Source: Podarcis liolepis
Lineage: Eukaryota
Strand: one strand, 5' to 3'
Length of the DNA: 64,000 nt
Assembly (NCBI GenBank): GCA_965112155.1
Contig: OZ218105.1
The notes beneath the pieces were generated by a model, which searched no databases, had not been told where the DNA came from, and saw only the letters and a list, made by a program, of their open reading frames with translations. The position numbers and the translations under genes are program-made. Below, in pieces: positions 14,171 to 27,028 of this stretch (position 1 is its first letter; each line of letters begins with the position of its first letter).

Positions 14171-14495
14171 CAGTGGTGCCCCACAAGACGAATGCCTCGC
14201 AAGATGGAAAACTCGCTAGACGAAAGAGTTCCGTTTTGGAGGTGCTTCGCAAAACGAATCTCCTATGGGCTTGCTTCGCAAGATGACAATGTCTTGCGAG
14301 TTCCTGCTGGGTTTTTTTCCTCCCCCCCCCCTTTTCTAAGCTGCTAAGCCGCTTATCAGCTGATCCGATCAGCAGATAAGCCGCTAAAAGGCGCTAATCC
14401 GCTAATCCGTCAATGGGCTTGCTTCGCAAGATGAAAAAACCGCTAGACGAAGAGAATCACAGAACGGATTCTTTTCGTCTTGCGAGGCACCACTG
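14171..14495. mobile_element. Tc1/mariner-pogo (Tigger-like) MITE, second family
   Basis: TIR CAGTGGTGCCCCACAAGACGAA...TTCGTCTTGCGAGGCACCACTG; TA TSD; CpG-rich with an internal palindrome. Confidence 0.85.
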
Positions 14496-15289
14496 TACAA
14501 GAAACAGCTCTGTCTCTGCCTAGTCTTATGTGAGAGTCTTCCCTATCCACACACCTCCCTGTCTTTGATCTTATCCTTTTAGAGGTTTGGAAAGTGGTAG
14601 AGGTCCATCATATGGAAGATTCGCTTTAATCCTTGCATATGGGAGTGTTTTCTTCTGCCAGTTTACATCTTTGATTTTCCTTCTGCCCTACCCATCCCGA
14701 CAGAGAACATGAGAATCCACATGACATTTACTAATGGAAAAGACAGAAGATTCAGCCTAAAACTAATTGCAGAAATGCACTAAATAATCTATCTTAATTC
14801 ATATTCAGTTAGCATGTTATATTCATTTTTCTTGATTCAGCAGATGCTAGAATATCAGTCAAACAAATGCATAAGTATAACTCATGATTATTCTAACTAT
14901 GCACACGTTATTCCAAAATATCCTACAACTATATGGTACATTTCGGCCAAAGAAAAGCATTTCTGAGACCCAGTGATTTCTGGAGAAGGAACTTAAGTAT
15001 GTGCTTATCTCTCCCATGGATGGTGCCCATAATATTGATGTTCGTTAAAATGCTGCATAGCATCAATTATATTTTTACATACCATAATACAGTATATACT
15101 TGGCAATGAGGATCAGAGAGTCATTTTACTGCTGGGCAATATAACAGCAAAGATAAGAAATGTAATTGAGTAAAATAATTTGTCTGTGTTATAGCATGAA
15201 ACACAAATACTGAAAAAACAACTGGTGTTACTAATAAATATCAAATAAAATGCTATGTATAATAATACCCTCCAGTATTGTTTGCTCAC

Positions 15290-17692
15290 CTGGACTATGA
15301 TTAAGCCTTCATTGTTCAAGTTTAAATCTTCACCAGGTAGGATAGGATCCTTTGCTTCACAAGCCTCTTTATTGTTCAGAGTATTGGAATAATTTGCCTT
15401 CCTAGAGTCTGTAGTGAGAGAAACCTCCTGGCAGTAGGAGTGCAGAAATGCTCGGACTCCGTCAATCCCCACAAACTGTGAGATAGGAGCGCCACTGAAA
15501 TTCACACTCCCCGTCTCAAGCAGCTGAGAATTTCTCCACTTGTGCAACTTGATGGCCAGTAACACAAGGAGGAAAGTGAAGAACAAGCAAGAGACAAAAG
15601 CCACTGCAAGGACCAGGTAGAAGGTGAGGTCAGACGGAGGATCTACAGGAGCTGAGATGCTGCTCAGGTCTGAGAGGATTGCAGGGATGGTGTCAGCCAG
15701 CACCACAGTCAGAGTGGCTGAAGCAGAGAGAGGTGGCTGCCCATTGTCCTTGACTAAAACCACCAGGCTTTGCTTGAGGGCATCTTTCTCCAGAAAGAAG
15801 CGGGCCGTCCTGATCTCTCCTGTGTGGAGCCCCAGAGTGAAGAGCCCTGGCTCGGTGGCCTTGATCAGCTGGTAGGAGAGCCAGGCATTCTGGCCAGAGT
15901 CCGCATCCACGGCCACCACCTTAGTGACCAGGTAGCCTGGCTCAGAGGAGCGAGGGGCCAGCTCTATCCCTGTGGAGCCATCAGTGGGAGGGGAGGGGTA
16001 CAGGATTTGGGGAGCATTGTCATTCTGGTCCAGGATGAAGAGAGTCACCGAGACGTTGGAACTGAGTGATGGAGAGCCTCCGTCCTGGGCCTTTACACGG
16101 AACCGAATGTCTCGAAACTCTTCATAATCAAAGGAGGTCACAGCATATATAACCCCCGTCTCAGAGTTAATGGAGAGGTAGGAGGAGAGGCGGGAGTCAC
16201 TTCTTTGGTCATCAGTGATGGAATATGTTATTCTGGCATTTTCTTCCCAGTCAAGATCATTTGCTCTTAAGGAAGAGACCATCGCTCCTCTTTGGTTATT
16301 CTCAACAAAATAGAAAGTATAGTCTGTTTTTTCAAAGAGGGGTGGGTTGTCATTTGTGTCTAAAACATGAAGTGTGATAACTGTGACGGCAGAAAGAGGG
16401 GGCACTCCATGGTCAGTAACAGTGACAGTAATATTGAAGACTGACACCTGTTCTCTGTCAAGGGCACCATCAGTCACCAAACTGTAAAAGTTATCCATGG
16501 ACTTCTTTAGCTGGAAAGGGAGGTTGCTAGGGATTGAACATGTGATTTCCCCATTGATTCCTGAATCTCTGTCTTGGACATTTAAAATGGCAATTACCGT
16601 TTGGGATGGTGAACTTTCAAGTATGGTGTTGGTGGCAAAGGTAATTGATAATTCGGGGGCATTGTCATTCAGATCTGTAACAGATATCACAACTTTTGAT
16701 TTGTCACTCAGGCCTCCTCCATCTTTGACTTGTATTTCAAATGCATATAAAGATGATTCCTCATAATCAAGATTCCCAATAAGGATGATTTCACCAGTTG
16801 TGGAATTTAACAGAAACATTTGGGAGTCTCGCTTTGTGATTTTTTGGAAAGAGTATTTAATGTCTCCATTGATTCCTTCATCCATATCAGTGGCTCTCGC
16901 TGTCAAAACTGTGGACCACTTGGGGATATTCTCACTGACACTCACTTCATAGAGAGGTTGGCTGAAAACTGGTGCATTGTCATTTGCATCCAGGACAGTG
17001 ATGTGGATTTGTAATGTGCCAGATCTGATGGGATCACCTCCATCAGTAGCTATGAGGAGCAGATCATAAGCTGATTGTTCCTCTCTGTCCAGTGACTTTT
17101 CCAATACAAGTTCAGCAAGTCTGGCACCATTTTCTTCTGTTTGCACATGCAAAGCAAAATGGCTACTGCCTGTGAGTTGGTAGCTCTGCACTGAATTTAT
17201 CCCCCAATCTGGATCTTGAGCTTCGGGAAGAGAGATCTGGAATCCAGGTATAGATGCCTCACTGATTTCCAGCTCCTGTTCCCATAGAGGGAAGTGGGGA
17301 GCATTATCATTTATATCCGTAATTTCCACTTCAATTCCATAAAGCTTCAGTTTGCTTTCAACAAGAACCTGAAACTTCAACAAACATTTCTCTGCCTCTC
17401 TGCAGATTTCCTCTCTATCTATTCTCTCAGATATCTGCAAATGGCCATTGTTGGCATTCAAAGAAAAGTACTGAATCATACCTACAGGGGAAACAATGCG
17501 GAGTCCATGGTCTGGGAGCTGCTTGCCATCCATTCCCAGGTCCTTTGCAATATTCCCCACGGAAGAGCCTTTGTGCATCTCTTCTGGAATGGAGTAGTGG
17601 ATCTGCCCAGAAACTGCCTTCCAAGAAAACATCATGAAAAGGCACTGGAAGATTCCCTTTCTGCAATTCCACAGCCTCTGAATTCCTTTCAT
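15290..17692 (-). CDS. PCDHGA: Protocadherin gamma-A-like variable exon (gene 3; 801 codons, starts MKGIQRL)
   Basis: ATG at 17690-17692 aligns with paralog starts (the ORF track starts earlier at a TTG); donor CAG|GTGAGC at 15284-15289, phase 0. Confidence 0.92.
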
Positions 17693-17891
17693 CCTTGCAG
17701 CAGGATAAAGACTAAAGACCCTTAGATTCTGGTTCAAAAGATACTGTATCTAACTCTTCTCTAAGGAAAATGCACTTCCATTTCTTCTTTGCACCGACAA
17801 GCAGCTTGTTCCTTCAGATATTTTGTGTTTGTGTTTAACGGAAAGGCAACTTCAATTGGTCAGGATTTCACATTTCTGCTCCGTTCTGGTC

Positions 17892-17924
17892 AACAGTGAC
17901 ACCCAGAGGATCAAGCCCAAACTG
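17892..17924 (-). promoter_or_regulatory. CSE / CTCF site of gene 3 (CACT variant)
   Basis: + strand AACAGTGACACCCAGAGGATCAAGCCCAAACTG, 200 bp upstream of the ATG. Confidence 0.8.
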
Positions 17925-19586
17925 CAAAAACTTCACTTTTGAAAATTAAATAAACACCATTTCACTGTACTATTATATTATAATATTATAAATATTATAA
18001 ATGAAGATATGGCTAGGATAACTATGTATATTTTTCTATATTCTTTATTTTTTTCCTTCAAATTTACCCACTATAGATAAAGAAGAGTGACAACTTTTGC
18101 TGTTGTAAACAAACTGAAATGGAGCAGGAAAGACAAGTGTGTTTAGGGTTCCTGCCCTACCCCATTACTGGAAATTCTGGAATGAATTGAATTCTGAAAT
18201 ATTGAACTTTCTCAGCAATGTTCTTTGCTGGATATTCAAAAGATTCATTTTGGATGCAGAAAAAAGAATAGTAAGGCTCTGGTACTTCTTATTTTCTTTG
18301 TGTCAGTGTAATGTTTGTAGTTGTAAAGTGAGGGAACTGATATGCTGACACACAGTTCTTTCCTGCTGTTTTCATGGGGAAACAGAGGCATCCATGTGCA
18401 GAAAGGCTGACAGAGTTGCGGCATTAGCCAATGACACTCATTGTTGTGTGATACCAAATACACTGGTGTGCATGAAATTCAGCACAACTTGCTGGTATAT
18501 CAGTCAAAAACCACAGTTCCTTAGCACAGCAGGTACCACAGTGAAAAGAACAGGACAGAAATGCTGCCATTAAACGCAGGAAAAATAACTAGTGCAATAT
18601 TCCCCACAAATTTGAATGCAGCCTCTCCCCCTACCCCAGTATCATAACATTGATCTACTTTTCTGGGTTATTGTAAGAGTTGCGCAGCACTATATGTGAA
18701 GCGCCTTGAACATTCTTAACACTAGGTATTACTGCACAGAGCAAAGAAGTAAAATGGCCACATTCTCTGTAATTTATTGCCACTGCTTATCTGGAAAGGG
18801 CTGGGCTTCAGTCACGGCAAGGTTAGGGCCATGTAGGTGCACCAGCAGGAATGCCAGATTGGTTGCTGACAGATGCATACAGACCCAGCCACACCGCTGC
18901 CTCATCCACAGCTCCAGCTTATCACAAACACCACTACTGTGGATGGATAACATTCAATGGCAGCTTAGAAGCACACATGTGCAAACTGGATGTCAAACTC
19001 AGAAGAGAGCTTTATTAAAAACTAGCATGTGAGGGCTTGTTAAACAGCAGAGGTAGGTGGTTTTCGGCCATCTTCGTTAGAGAGCTTGATGTTGTGCTTG
19101 ATGTTGTACAAGATTAAACTGCTAAAACTGAATTTGGCCATTAGCAGGAGGGACAAGACACTGAATTATCCACTGGATAATGCCAACAAATGTTCTTTTA
19201 ACATTAGTCTTCATCTTTCCTAATGGACTATACACTGGTGGTGAATATGACCCAGCTTTAAAGTACAGCAATTACAGGATGTGCAGATGTATGTCCTGGC
19301 CAGATTGACTCTCCATAAGAAAACATTCCATGCCAAAGAGTTAAAAGGGCATCTGCCATTGGTAGCTGTGACTCAATAGTCATTTGTCCCCTATATTTCT
19401 ACAGTATGGAAGCATGACTAGAGATGGTATAAGTAGAAATACTAACCACATGCTCCACATCCACACATCCTTACATACAAAGTGTTCACTACAACTGTTA
19501 CAATTTGTCATAATCTCTAATGCAAATGCCAAGGAAAGGAATGCCAGTACTTTGGGATTGCATCCACACTGGACATCAGTAATATA

Positions 19587-19828
19587 CAGTGGTACCTCAG
19601 GTTAAGTACTTAATTCATTCTGGAGGTCCCTTCTTAACCTGAAACTGTTCTTAACCTGAATCACCACTTTAGCTAATGGGGCCTCCCGCTGCTGCTGAGC
19701 CACCGGAGCCCAATTTCTGTTCTTTTCCTGAAGCAAATTTCTTAACCTGAAGCACTATTTCTGGGTTAGCGGAGTGTGTAACCTGAAGCGTATGTAACCG
19801 GAAGTGTATGTAACCCAAGGTACCACTG
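19587..19828. mobile_element. Tigger-like MITE, same family as 9464-9686
   Basis: TIR CAGTGGTACC...GGTACCACTG; TA TSD; absent from unit B. Confidence 0.85.
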
Positions 19829-20894
19829 TATAAGACCTGTACAGGACCTGGCCAGGGCAGGAGCCCGGGGGGGGGCAGGGGATAGTTTCGGGTTCATGAT
19901 ACGGTCATGTTTGGTTTAGGGTATTTGTCAATTCAGGGACCATTTCCAGTATATACATATCTTGGAAGCCGGGGGATATGTGCATATTATTTAATTTTTT
20001 ATTTAAAATAATTCTAGAGTCCCCCCCCCACTACCCCCCCCACAAAGAGTGGTATACAGCATCTCTAGAAATCATGCCAAGAGAAACTCCCTTTTGATGT
20101 CACTCTTCTACACAGGTTTTACATGAGCATTTTTCATTCTACAAACAGCATGCAGTCACAGGACCTAAGAAATGCTTGTACAACTGATAGCTTCCATCAA
20201 AGCTCCACCACTTAATATGTTGTGCTATTCTCATCAGACCCAAATCCCAAGCTGTGTCTGTGACAGGAACACAGTATCCAAATGCTATGTAAGATTATTT
20301 GTATATATGAGAACCAAATCAAGTTATTCTAAAACGTTTGGTGATTAATTAATCCTTTACTCTTATTAAATAATCCAACCCATAAAAAGCTCCACAAACA
20401 CTTCCTAAAATTCAGTTGAAAAACTTTACCAATTACTAAGAAATTTACCAACTTATTTAAAGAATATTCTATGAAAGACTTTTTGGTATTTCTTCTTGTA
20501 AATTTCTTAAAGGACAGAATGTGAAAATAGCTACATATTCAATTGCATTTGTACTGCAAAGATAAGAAGAAGAAGAAAACATCATTCTCTCCACTCAGCC
20601 ATGCTGCACCACTCTGTGATCTTAGCACGACACCGAGTTACCATGCAGATGTGTACCTGGACAATTCTGACAGAGCCTCCGCCATCCTGCTGTGCTGCCC
20701 CTCAATAGCTGCTGGAAAGTCCAATTAGCTTGCTCTACAGCAGTAGCAGCTCAATACTACTCCCTACCTACTTCCCTGATGACATGGTCTGAATTCTCTG
20801 GGATGCCAGTTTGAAAACATCCACTGTTTACAATTAAACTCTCAAACAAGTGATAACACCAAATTCCCTATAAGGAACATGCAATATAACTCAC

Positions 20895-23324
20895 CGTGCT
20901 GTCATTTTCCTTTTCAGAAATTAAACTGCCTCCACTGACCATCAAAGAAATGTCAGAGTTGCCATTGCAAAGGATGTTCTCTGCTATTTGGACAGTGGGC
21001 TGCAGGAATGTCAGCTCATTCCTCCTGGATTCAGAGGACAGACAGACCTGGTAGGAATAAGGCAAAGTTCCGTCCTCATAATTGGGTGGGAATATGGCAC
21101 CAGCCTTTGAGTGGGGGTCAGGAATAAAGCACTGAAGGAAAGTGGGGTTCCTTGACCTTCGAAGCTTCATCAGAATGGTCAGTATCACCGTCACCAGGAA
21201 CAAAAAGGACACCAAGGTCAAGGCCAATACTAAATAAAACTGTAGATCAGACTGATACTCTGAGTCATTTGGTTGGGAGTTCATTTCTGGAAGAGCCTCC
21301 TGGAAGTTCTCAGCAAACACCAGGCTCAAAGTTGTGGTGGCTGAGAGAGGAGGATGCCCATTGTCCTTCACCAGGATGACCAGCCTCTGCTTCACTGCAT
21401 CTCTCTCAAGTAAAGCTCGGACTGTTTGCACCTCTCCTGTGTGGGAGCCAATGCTGAAGAGTGAGGGCTCTGTGGCCTGCAGGAGATGGAAGGAGAGCCA
21501 GGCATTGTGTCCAGAATCAGAGTCCACGGCCACCACCTTCGTCACCAGATAACCCGACTCAGCTGACCGAGGCACCATCTCAAAGAAAGGTGAGCCCTCT
21601 GTTGATTGTGAGGGGTACAGGATCTGCGGAGCGTTATCATTTCGATCCAAAACACATACTGTCACTGTGGCACTGCTATTGAGTGGTGGAGAACCTCCAT
21701 CTTGGGCCTTCACTTGAATCTGAAACTCCCTGAATTGCTCATAGTCAAAGGAGCGTTGGGCATAGATGATCCCAGTCTCAGAGTTAATGGAGACATAGGA
21801 GGAGAGAGGCAGGTCCTTGATGTTGCTGTGAAGGATGGAGTAAGTGATTCTGGCATTGCGATCCAGATCTGGGTCGGAGGCCTTGATGTGGAAAATTGAA
21901 GCTCCAGATGGATTGTTCTCTGGAACATAGGCAGTGTAGGAAGATTTGTCAAAGGCTGGTGGGTTATCATTGATATCTGAGATCTGTATTGATATGGTTT
22001 TGTGTGTGGAGAGTGGAGGTGTGCCTTTGTCTGTGGCTGTGATTGTAATATTATACTCGGGAGTCCTTTCTCTGTCAAGAGCACCATCTATGAGGAGCTT
22101 GAAGTAATTATCCGAGGATGAGACTATCAGGAAAGGTACAAGTTCCTTCAGGTGACAGGTGACTTCTCCGTTATCCCCAGAGTCCCTGTCCTGAACTTTA
22201 ATGAGAGCAATCACAGCTCCAGAAGTGACATCTTCAGGAACTGGGCTGGACACGGATGTAAGGATCACATCTGGAGCATTGTCATTCTCATCAAGAACCT
22301 CAATCTCCACATTGCAATGTGCCGCCAAGCCTCCTCCATCACTTGCCTTAATTATCATCAAATATTTTTGTCTGTCCTCAAAATCAACACTTTCTATAAG
22401 TGTAATTGTTCCATCTCTGGGATCCAGATGAAACCTCTGCTCAGCTGTTTCTGCGATGTCACTGAAAGTATAAGTGATCTCAGCATTGGACCCTTCATCA
22501 CTGTCAGATGCTTTGACTTGAAGCACAGAGGTTCCTTTGGGTGCACTCTCCTTCAGGCTCACTTTATAGATTGTCTGGGTGAAAACAGGGGCATTGTCAT
22601 TAGCATCAAGAACTGTTACCAATATTTTGGCTGTCCCGGTTTTTGGAGGTTCTCCACCATCCATGGCTGTAAGGACCATGTGGTGCACATGTTCTTTTTC
22701 CCTGTCCAGTTGTTTCTGCAATACTAATTCTGCATATTTGCCACCATTATTGCTGTTTTGAATTTCCAACTTGAAATATGGAATTGAGCTCAATTGATAA
22801 TTCTGCAGGGAATTTGTTCCAATGTCTTTATCTTCAGCATTTCCAAGAGCAAATCGAGTTCCTGGCAGAGTAGACTCACTCAATTTAAGCTCAACATTTT
22901 CATTCCGGAAATATGGGGCATTGTCATTAATGTCCTGGATAAAAATATTTACGTGGAAGATATTCAAAGGATTGTGTGCCACAACTTCTAATTTGAGGAC
23001 ACAAGTGGATGATTCCCCACAAATCTCTTCCCGGTCTATCCTCTCATTCACATACAGGTTGCCATTTTGTTCATTCAGATCAAAGAATTGCTTTTCTGAA
23101 GAAATACCAAGCTTGCGCTTTGACAGCTCTCTGACATCCAACCCCAGATCTTTAGCAAGGTTCCCCACAAAGGAGCCCTGCTCTGCTTCCTCTGGAACTG
23201 AATACTGAACCTTCTCAGACCCCACCTGGCAGAAGAACACAGACCAGAATATGAACAGAAACAGTACTTGCCTCCTGGTGATCTTCCTTGTTCTCTCTGC
23301 CTGCTTTACTTCCATCACATCCAT
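20895..23324 (-). CDS. PCDHGB: Protocadherin gamma-B-like variable exon (gene 4; 810 codons)
   Basis: Same architecture as gene 1; donor ACG|GTGAGT at 20889-20894. Confidence 0.93.
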
Positions 23325-23563
23325 TGCCTTTCCTGATTTCTTCCTGCTTTCAGTACAGTTTTCAAGACTCCCAGTACAATTATTTGAGATAATAGAAATA
23401 TTCTTCTTTTCAGCTGATTCTTGGGAAACTGAGAGCTTTCCTTTCTTGAGCAGCTTTTAAAATAAAAGCTTTTCCTTTCTGCTCAGCTGAAGTGTTAAGA
23501 GAGAGAGAGAGATTGCTCCAAGAGTCTCGGAAATGCTGAGCCATGGCTGCTCCCACGTTGTCC

Positions 23564-23596
23564 AACAGTGACACTCTGAGTCCACATGGGGAACTG
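23564..23596 (-). promoter_or_regulatory. CSE / CTCF site of gene 4 (CACT variant)
   Basis: Identical to the gene 1 CSE. Confidence 0.8.
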
Positions 23597-23900
23597 TATT
23601 TGCTTATTTTCATGTTTATAATTCTATATTGCTATTTCCCCCTAATATCTATGGAGAATTGTGAATGACTAAAAATTCTTTCACTGGTTGTCCAAATGTA
23701 CTTTAGTATCGCTTGATTAGAAGTCACATAAGCTTAATTCAGATTTGTTTTTCATTGCATACAAACTGTTATTTTAATATTTTATTGCTTTTCCTGGTAG
23801 ATGATAATGACACTTTAGGGTGTTTTTGATGGAGCATAAACACAAGCAGTTGCCAGCAGAAGAAAACCATGCAATAATTCAGAAAGCCTACATCCCTGCC

Positions 23901-24113
23901 TAGGGCTGCCATACGTTCGGATTTCCCTGGACGTTACTGGGATTTCAAAGGCGGAATTGACATCTTGGGGGAATTTCCAAAAGTTGGCGCTTTGTCCTCG
24001 TTCTTAGGCAAGTCAATCACAAAATCACGGTTTTAGGGGTGTTTTTGTCTAGAAAAAGCTCAACAACTTTCACGTTTTCCTAAAAACAATTGTGGGATGC
24101 CCTGGCAACCCTA
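23901..24113. mobile_element. hAT-type MITE
   Basis: TIR TAGGGCTGCCA...TGGCAACCCTA; perfect 8-bp TSD TCCCTGCC. Confidence 0.85.
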
Positions 24114-24861
24114 TCCCTGCCAGAATTCTGGTGATTTGGCCTTTATTTAATTATGAACTTGTTTTAATTTTTAAAATTTGTTCTGTCTTTAAGATTTTGG
24201 TGCATTGTGTGCTTTATTTCTGTTCTATTGGCCATAATAAAATGCTGAAAAAGAAATTTAAATTCACTTTAGCACAGGATAACTCTTTCATTCTTTAGTC
24301 TTATGCATATTCATTTGACATTTTTCTCATATGTTTGTAATCTTCCCTGTGGCATCTGGCTGGCCACTGCTGCACTAGAGGAAGTTTTGGGTGATACATC
24401 TTTCCTTACGATTCTGTGTGATGATTCCTAATTCCTTAGGTGGTGAATTATTCAATATTCTCCCTTTGACTTTTTTGGATGCTTTTCAATGGTATTTCCC
24501 AAGAAGACCCATATGATCCTTTTGAATAATTGGTTTTTCGTTTCTGTTTTCATAGTATTGGTACTTAATTCTATTCAACCTTTGATAGTAAGATTTTATT
24601 ACAGTTTTTACATTACAATCCTATACCAACTTACCTGGGTATAAATTCCATTGAAGTCAATGAGACTTATATCTGAAGATAAAAGATTTGTTAGATGTAT
24701 TGAGTTTTTTTATTGCTTTGGCATATGTGGAAGTTTACTGTAATTAATCAGGAATGTTTATGACATGAAGAAAAAGCTTCTACATAAGTGCACTCAAAGT
24801 GTGCACTACTCTGCCAGAATTTCAGTTTGTCAGACTGTAAACTGAAATGTAATAATTAATC

Positions 24862-24894
<33 letters not shown>

Positions 24895-24904
24895 ACAGTA
24901 GTAG
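24862..24904. repeat. (TAG)n microsatellite
   Basis: Direct inspection. Confidence 0.9.
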
Positions 24905-25307
24905 TTTTGAACTGAGAACTTTCTTTCTGCCACTATTGTATCAGTGCAGAGCCATTCAGCGGAGAGGATTTGAGTGATAAGAAACTTTCTTTTGGGGGTC
25001 TAAGATATATCCAGAACTGCTTATATCCACTCTTGACTTGAATGCAATCATAGATTCGGAATGATTTTCTATCATTCTATCGGTCTTATTGTTGATATTA
25101 ATTTGATAGGTTAAATTCTTATTACCTGAAATGTGGAGTTATCAGTGAATAGTAACACCATTGTCCAGAATAGAAAGATTAGCCAAATGCATAGACTAAA
25201 ACACAATGCATACGCATAGCAAAATGAATCTATATTTGACTAATCCAGCAAGGATTATTTGACCAGTCCAGCAAGGTAGATTAGAGGATGGATGCCTCCT
25301 TCTGGCA

Positions 25308-25429
25308 CAGGCATCCCCAAACTCGGCCCTCCAGATGTTTTGGGACTACAACTCCCATCATCCCTAGCTAGCAGGACCAGTGGTCAGGGATGATGGGAAT
25401 TGTAGTCCCAAAAACATTTGGAGGGCCTG
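25308..25429. mobile_element. Palindromic hAT-type MITE
   Basis: Long internal inverted repeat (ggccctccagatgttttgggactacaactcccatcatccct); 8-bp TSD TTCTGGCA/TTCTAGCA. Confidence 0.8.
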
Positions 25430-26149
25430 TTCTAGCACATGGCTCCTGGTATGGGATTGGGAACTGTAATGCAGGCAGGATAGGGCAGCTATTTCAGCAT
25501 GCAATTCCCATCAGCACTCAAAGGGCATATAGCAACACTTCCCTTTCCTTCCAGGCTTAGAGGTACTTTATGCTACTGTGAGCAATTATTACTTGCACAT
25601 AACTAGGCACAAGTTGCACCTATTTAAGAATAGTGGTTGGCAAAGAGAACCAGAAGATCATGTTACCACAGGAAAATGTATTTCTTTGTTCAAAATAGGT
25701 TCATCTCAGCTTTTAGTCCAGGGACTTCCAAATGAAATGAATGAATGAATGAATGAATGAATGAAAACAATTAATCAACCAACAGGGAGGTGGAAGAAAT
25801 AATTGACAGTGTAATTGAACACAGAGGTATTCACAGCCTGTCACTTAATGAGGGGGGCAATCAGACTTCCCAAGGGGGAGGCATTCCACAACAGAACAGA
25901 ACAGGGGGCCAGAGGTAATCCGCCAGGGGCCGTATGCAGATGCTGGGCAAGACAAAAGCCAGTGGTGGACAGGGCTGAAGCCAAATGTGGGCACAGTCGG
26001 GGGGGGAGGGGTCAAGACAAAAAAATAGACCACCCCTTTCCCCCCTCTTTCTGCTACCTTCTTTCCCCCTCTTTTCCCCTCCTTGCCACTCACCAAAGTG
26101 AGAAGACCACCCACTGTGCCTTCTGGCTTGTGTCCCAGGCAATCAGACC

Positions 26150-26328
26150 TTCAGTTGCCATGTTTCAAACAGTGAAAATCCGGACAGAAAAGTTGTTGGG
26201 CAAGATCGCAACTGCCAACATGGGCTGCCATACGCCCGGATTTTCCCCAACATTTTTCTGATTTCTGCCCAGATGATGCTGTCAAATTTTGGATATGTCT
26301 TGGAAATTCTGGATATATGGCAACCCGA
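26150..26328. mobile_element. hAT-type MITE related to 23901-24113
   Basis: GTTGCCA...TGGCAACCC ends and shared internal motifs; no clear TSD. Confidence 0.6.
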
Positions 26329-26663
26329 CAGAACACAGAGCAAGGCCTATGATGAGAAATAAATACAGTGGGCAGGCTGGTTTGTGTAGGTAGTTTGTCA
26401 AATATCCTGCACAGAGCCAAACCACAATAAATTTCAAATATAAAATCCTTACTGTCACGTAAGCCCCAGTGGTTTAAGAAAAGACAGATTGAAACCAATA
26501 AAGATTTCCCCAACTAGTAAAATAAGATACTAGCTATAAGTGGAATAAAATAATTACCAACATGTCTAATTGCTTTGAAAAGGGTCAAGAAAAGAGATGA
26601 ATGGAAAATTTATCTGTCAAGATTTGTAACTACATTTACAATTAGAAGAAAAAGTTAGCACAC

Positions 26664-27028
26664 CTGGCCTCTGATTTCATTTCCATTGTTCCAATCTAAA
26701 TCCCCAGTAGCAAAAATAGGATCCTTTACCTCCTAGGCTTGATCATTGGTTGCGGTATGGAAATAATTTGCCCTGGAAGTGTTAAACTGGTTTTTTCATA
26801 AAGTCAGTGGTAAGAGAAAGATCATCACAATAAGAGTAAATAAATGCTTGGATTCCATCAATAGCCACAAACTGTGAGACAGGAGCACCACTGAAATTCA
26901 CACTCCTTGACTCAAACAGCTGCAGTTTTCTCCATCTGTGCAACCTGATGACCACTAACACGAGGAAAGTGATGAACAAGCAGGAAACAAAAGCCACTGC
27001 AGTCACCAGGTAGATGAGATATGGCTGA
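26664..27028 (-). pseudogene. Relic 3' end (TM plus variable cytoplasmic segment) of a gamma-A variable exon, copy A
   Basis: [57 protein letters not shown], followed by a frameshift and stop; degenerate donor CAG|GTGTGC; no EC domains upstream. Confidence 0.88.

Noticed and set aside
15113-15289. 58-aa hydrophobic read-through tail after gene 3's donor, a possible extra TM segment
   Set aside because: It lies in AT-rich intron, which naturally encodes F/I/L/Y; paralogs stop within a few codons, and there is no evidence of intron retention.
18139-19605. Duplicated short ORFs also found at 30876-32383
   Set aside because: Identical only because they lie in the recent tandem duplication; no recognisable domain.
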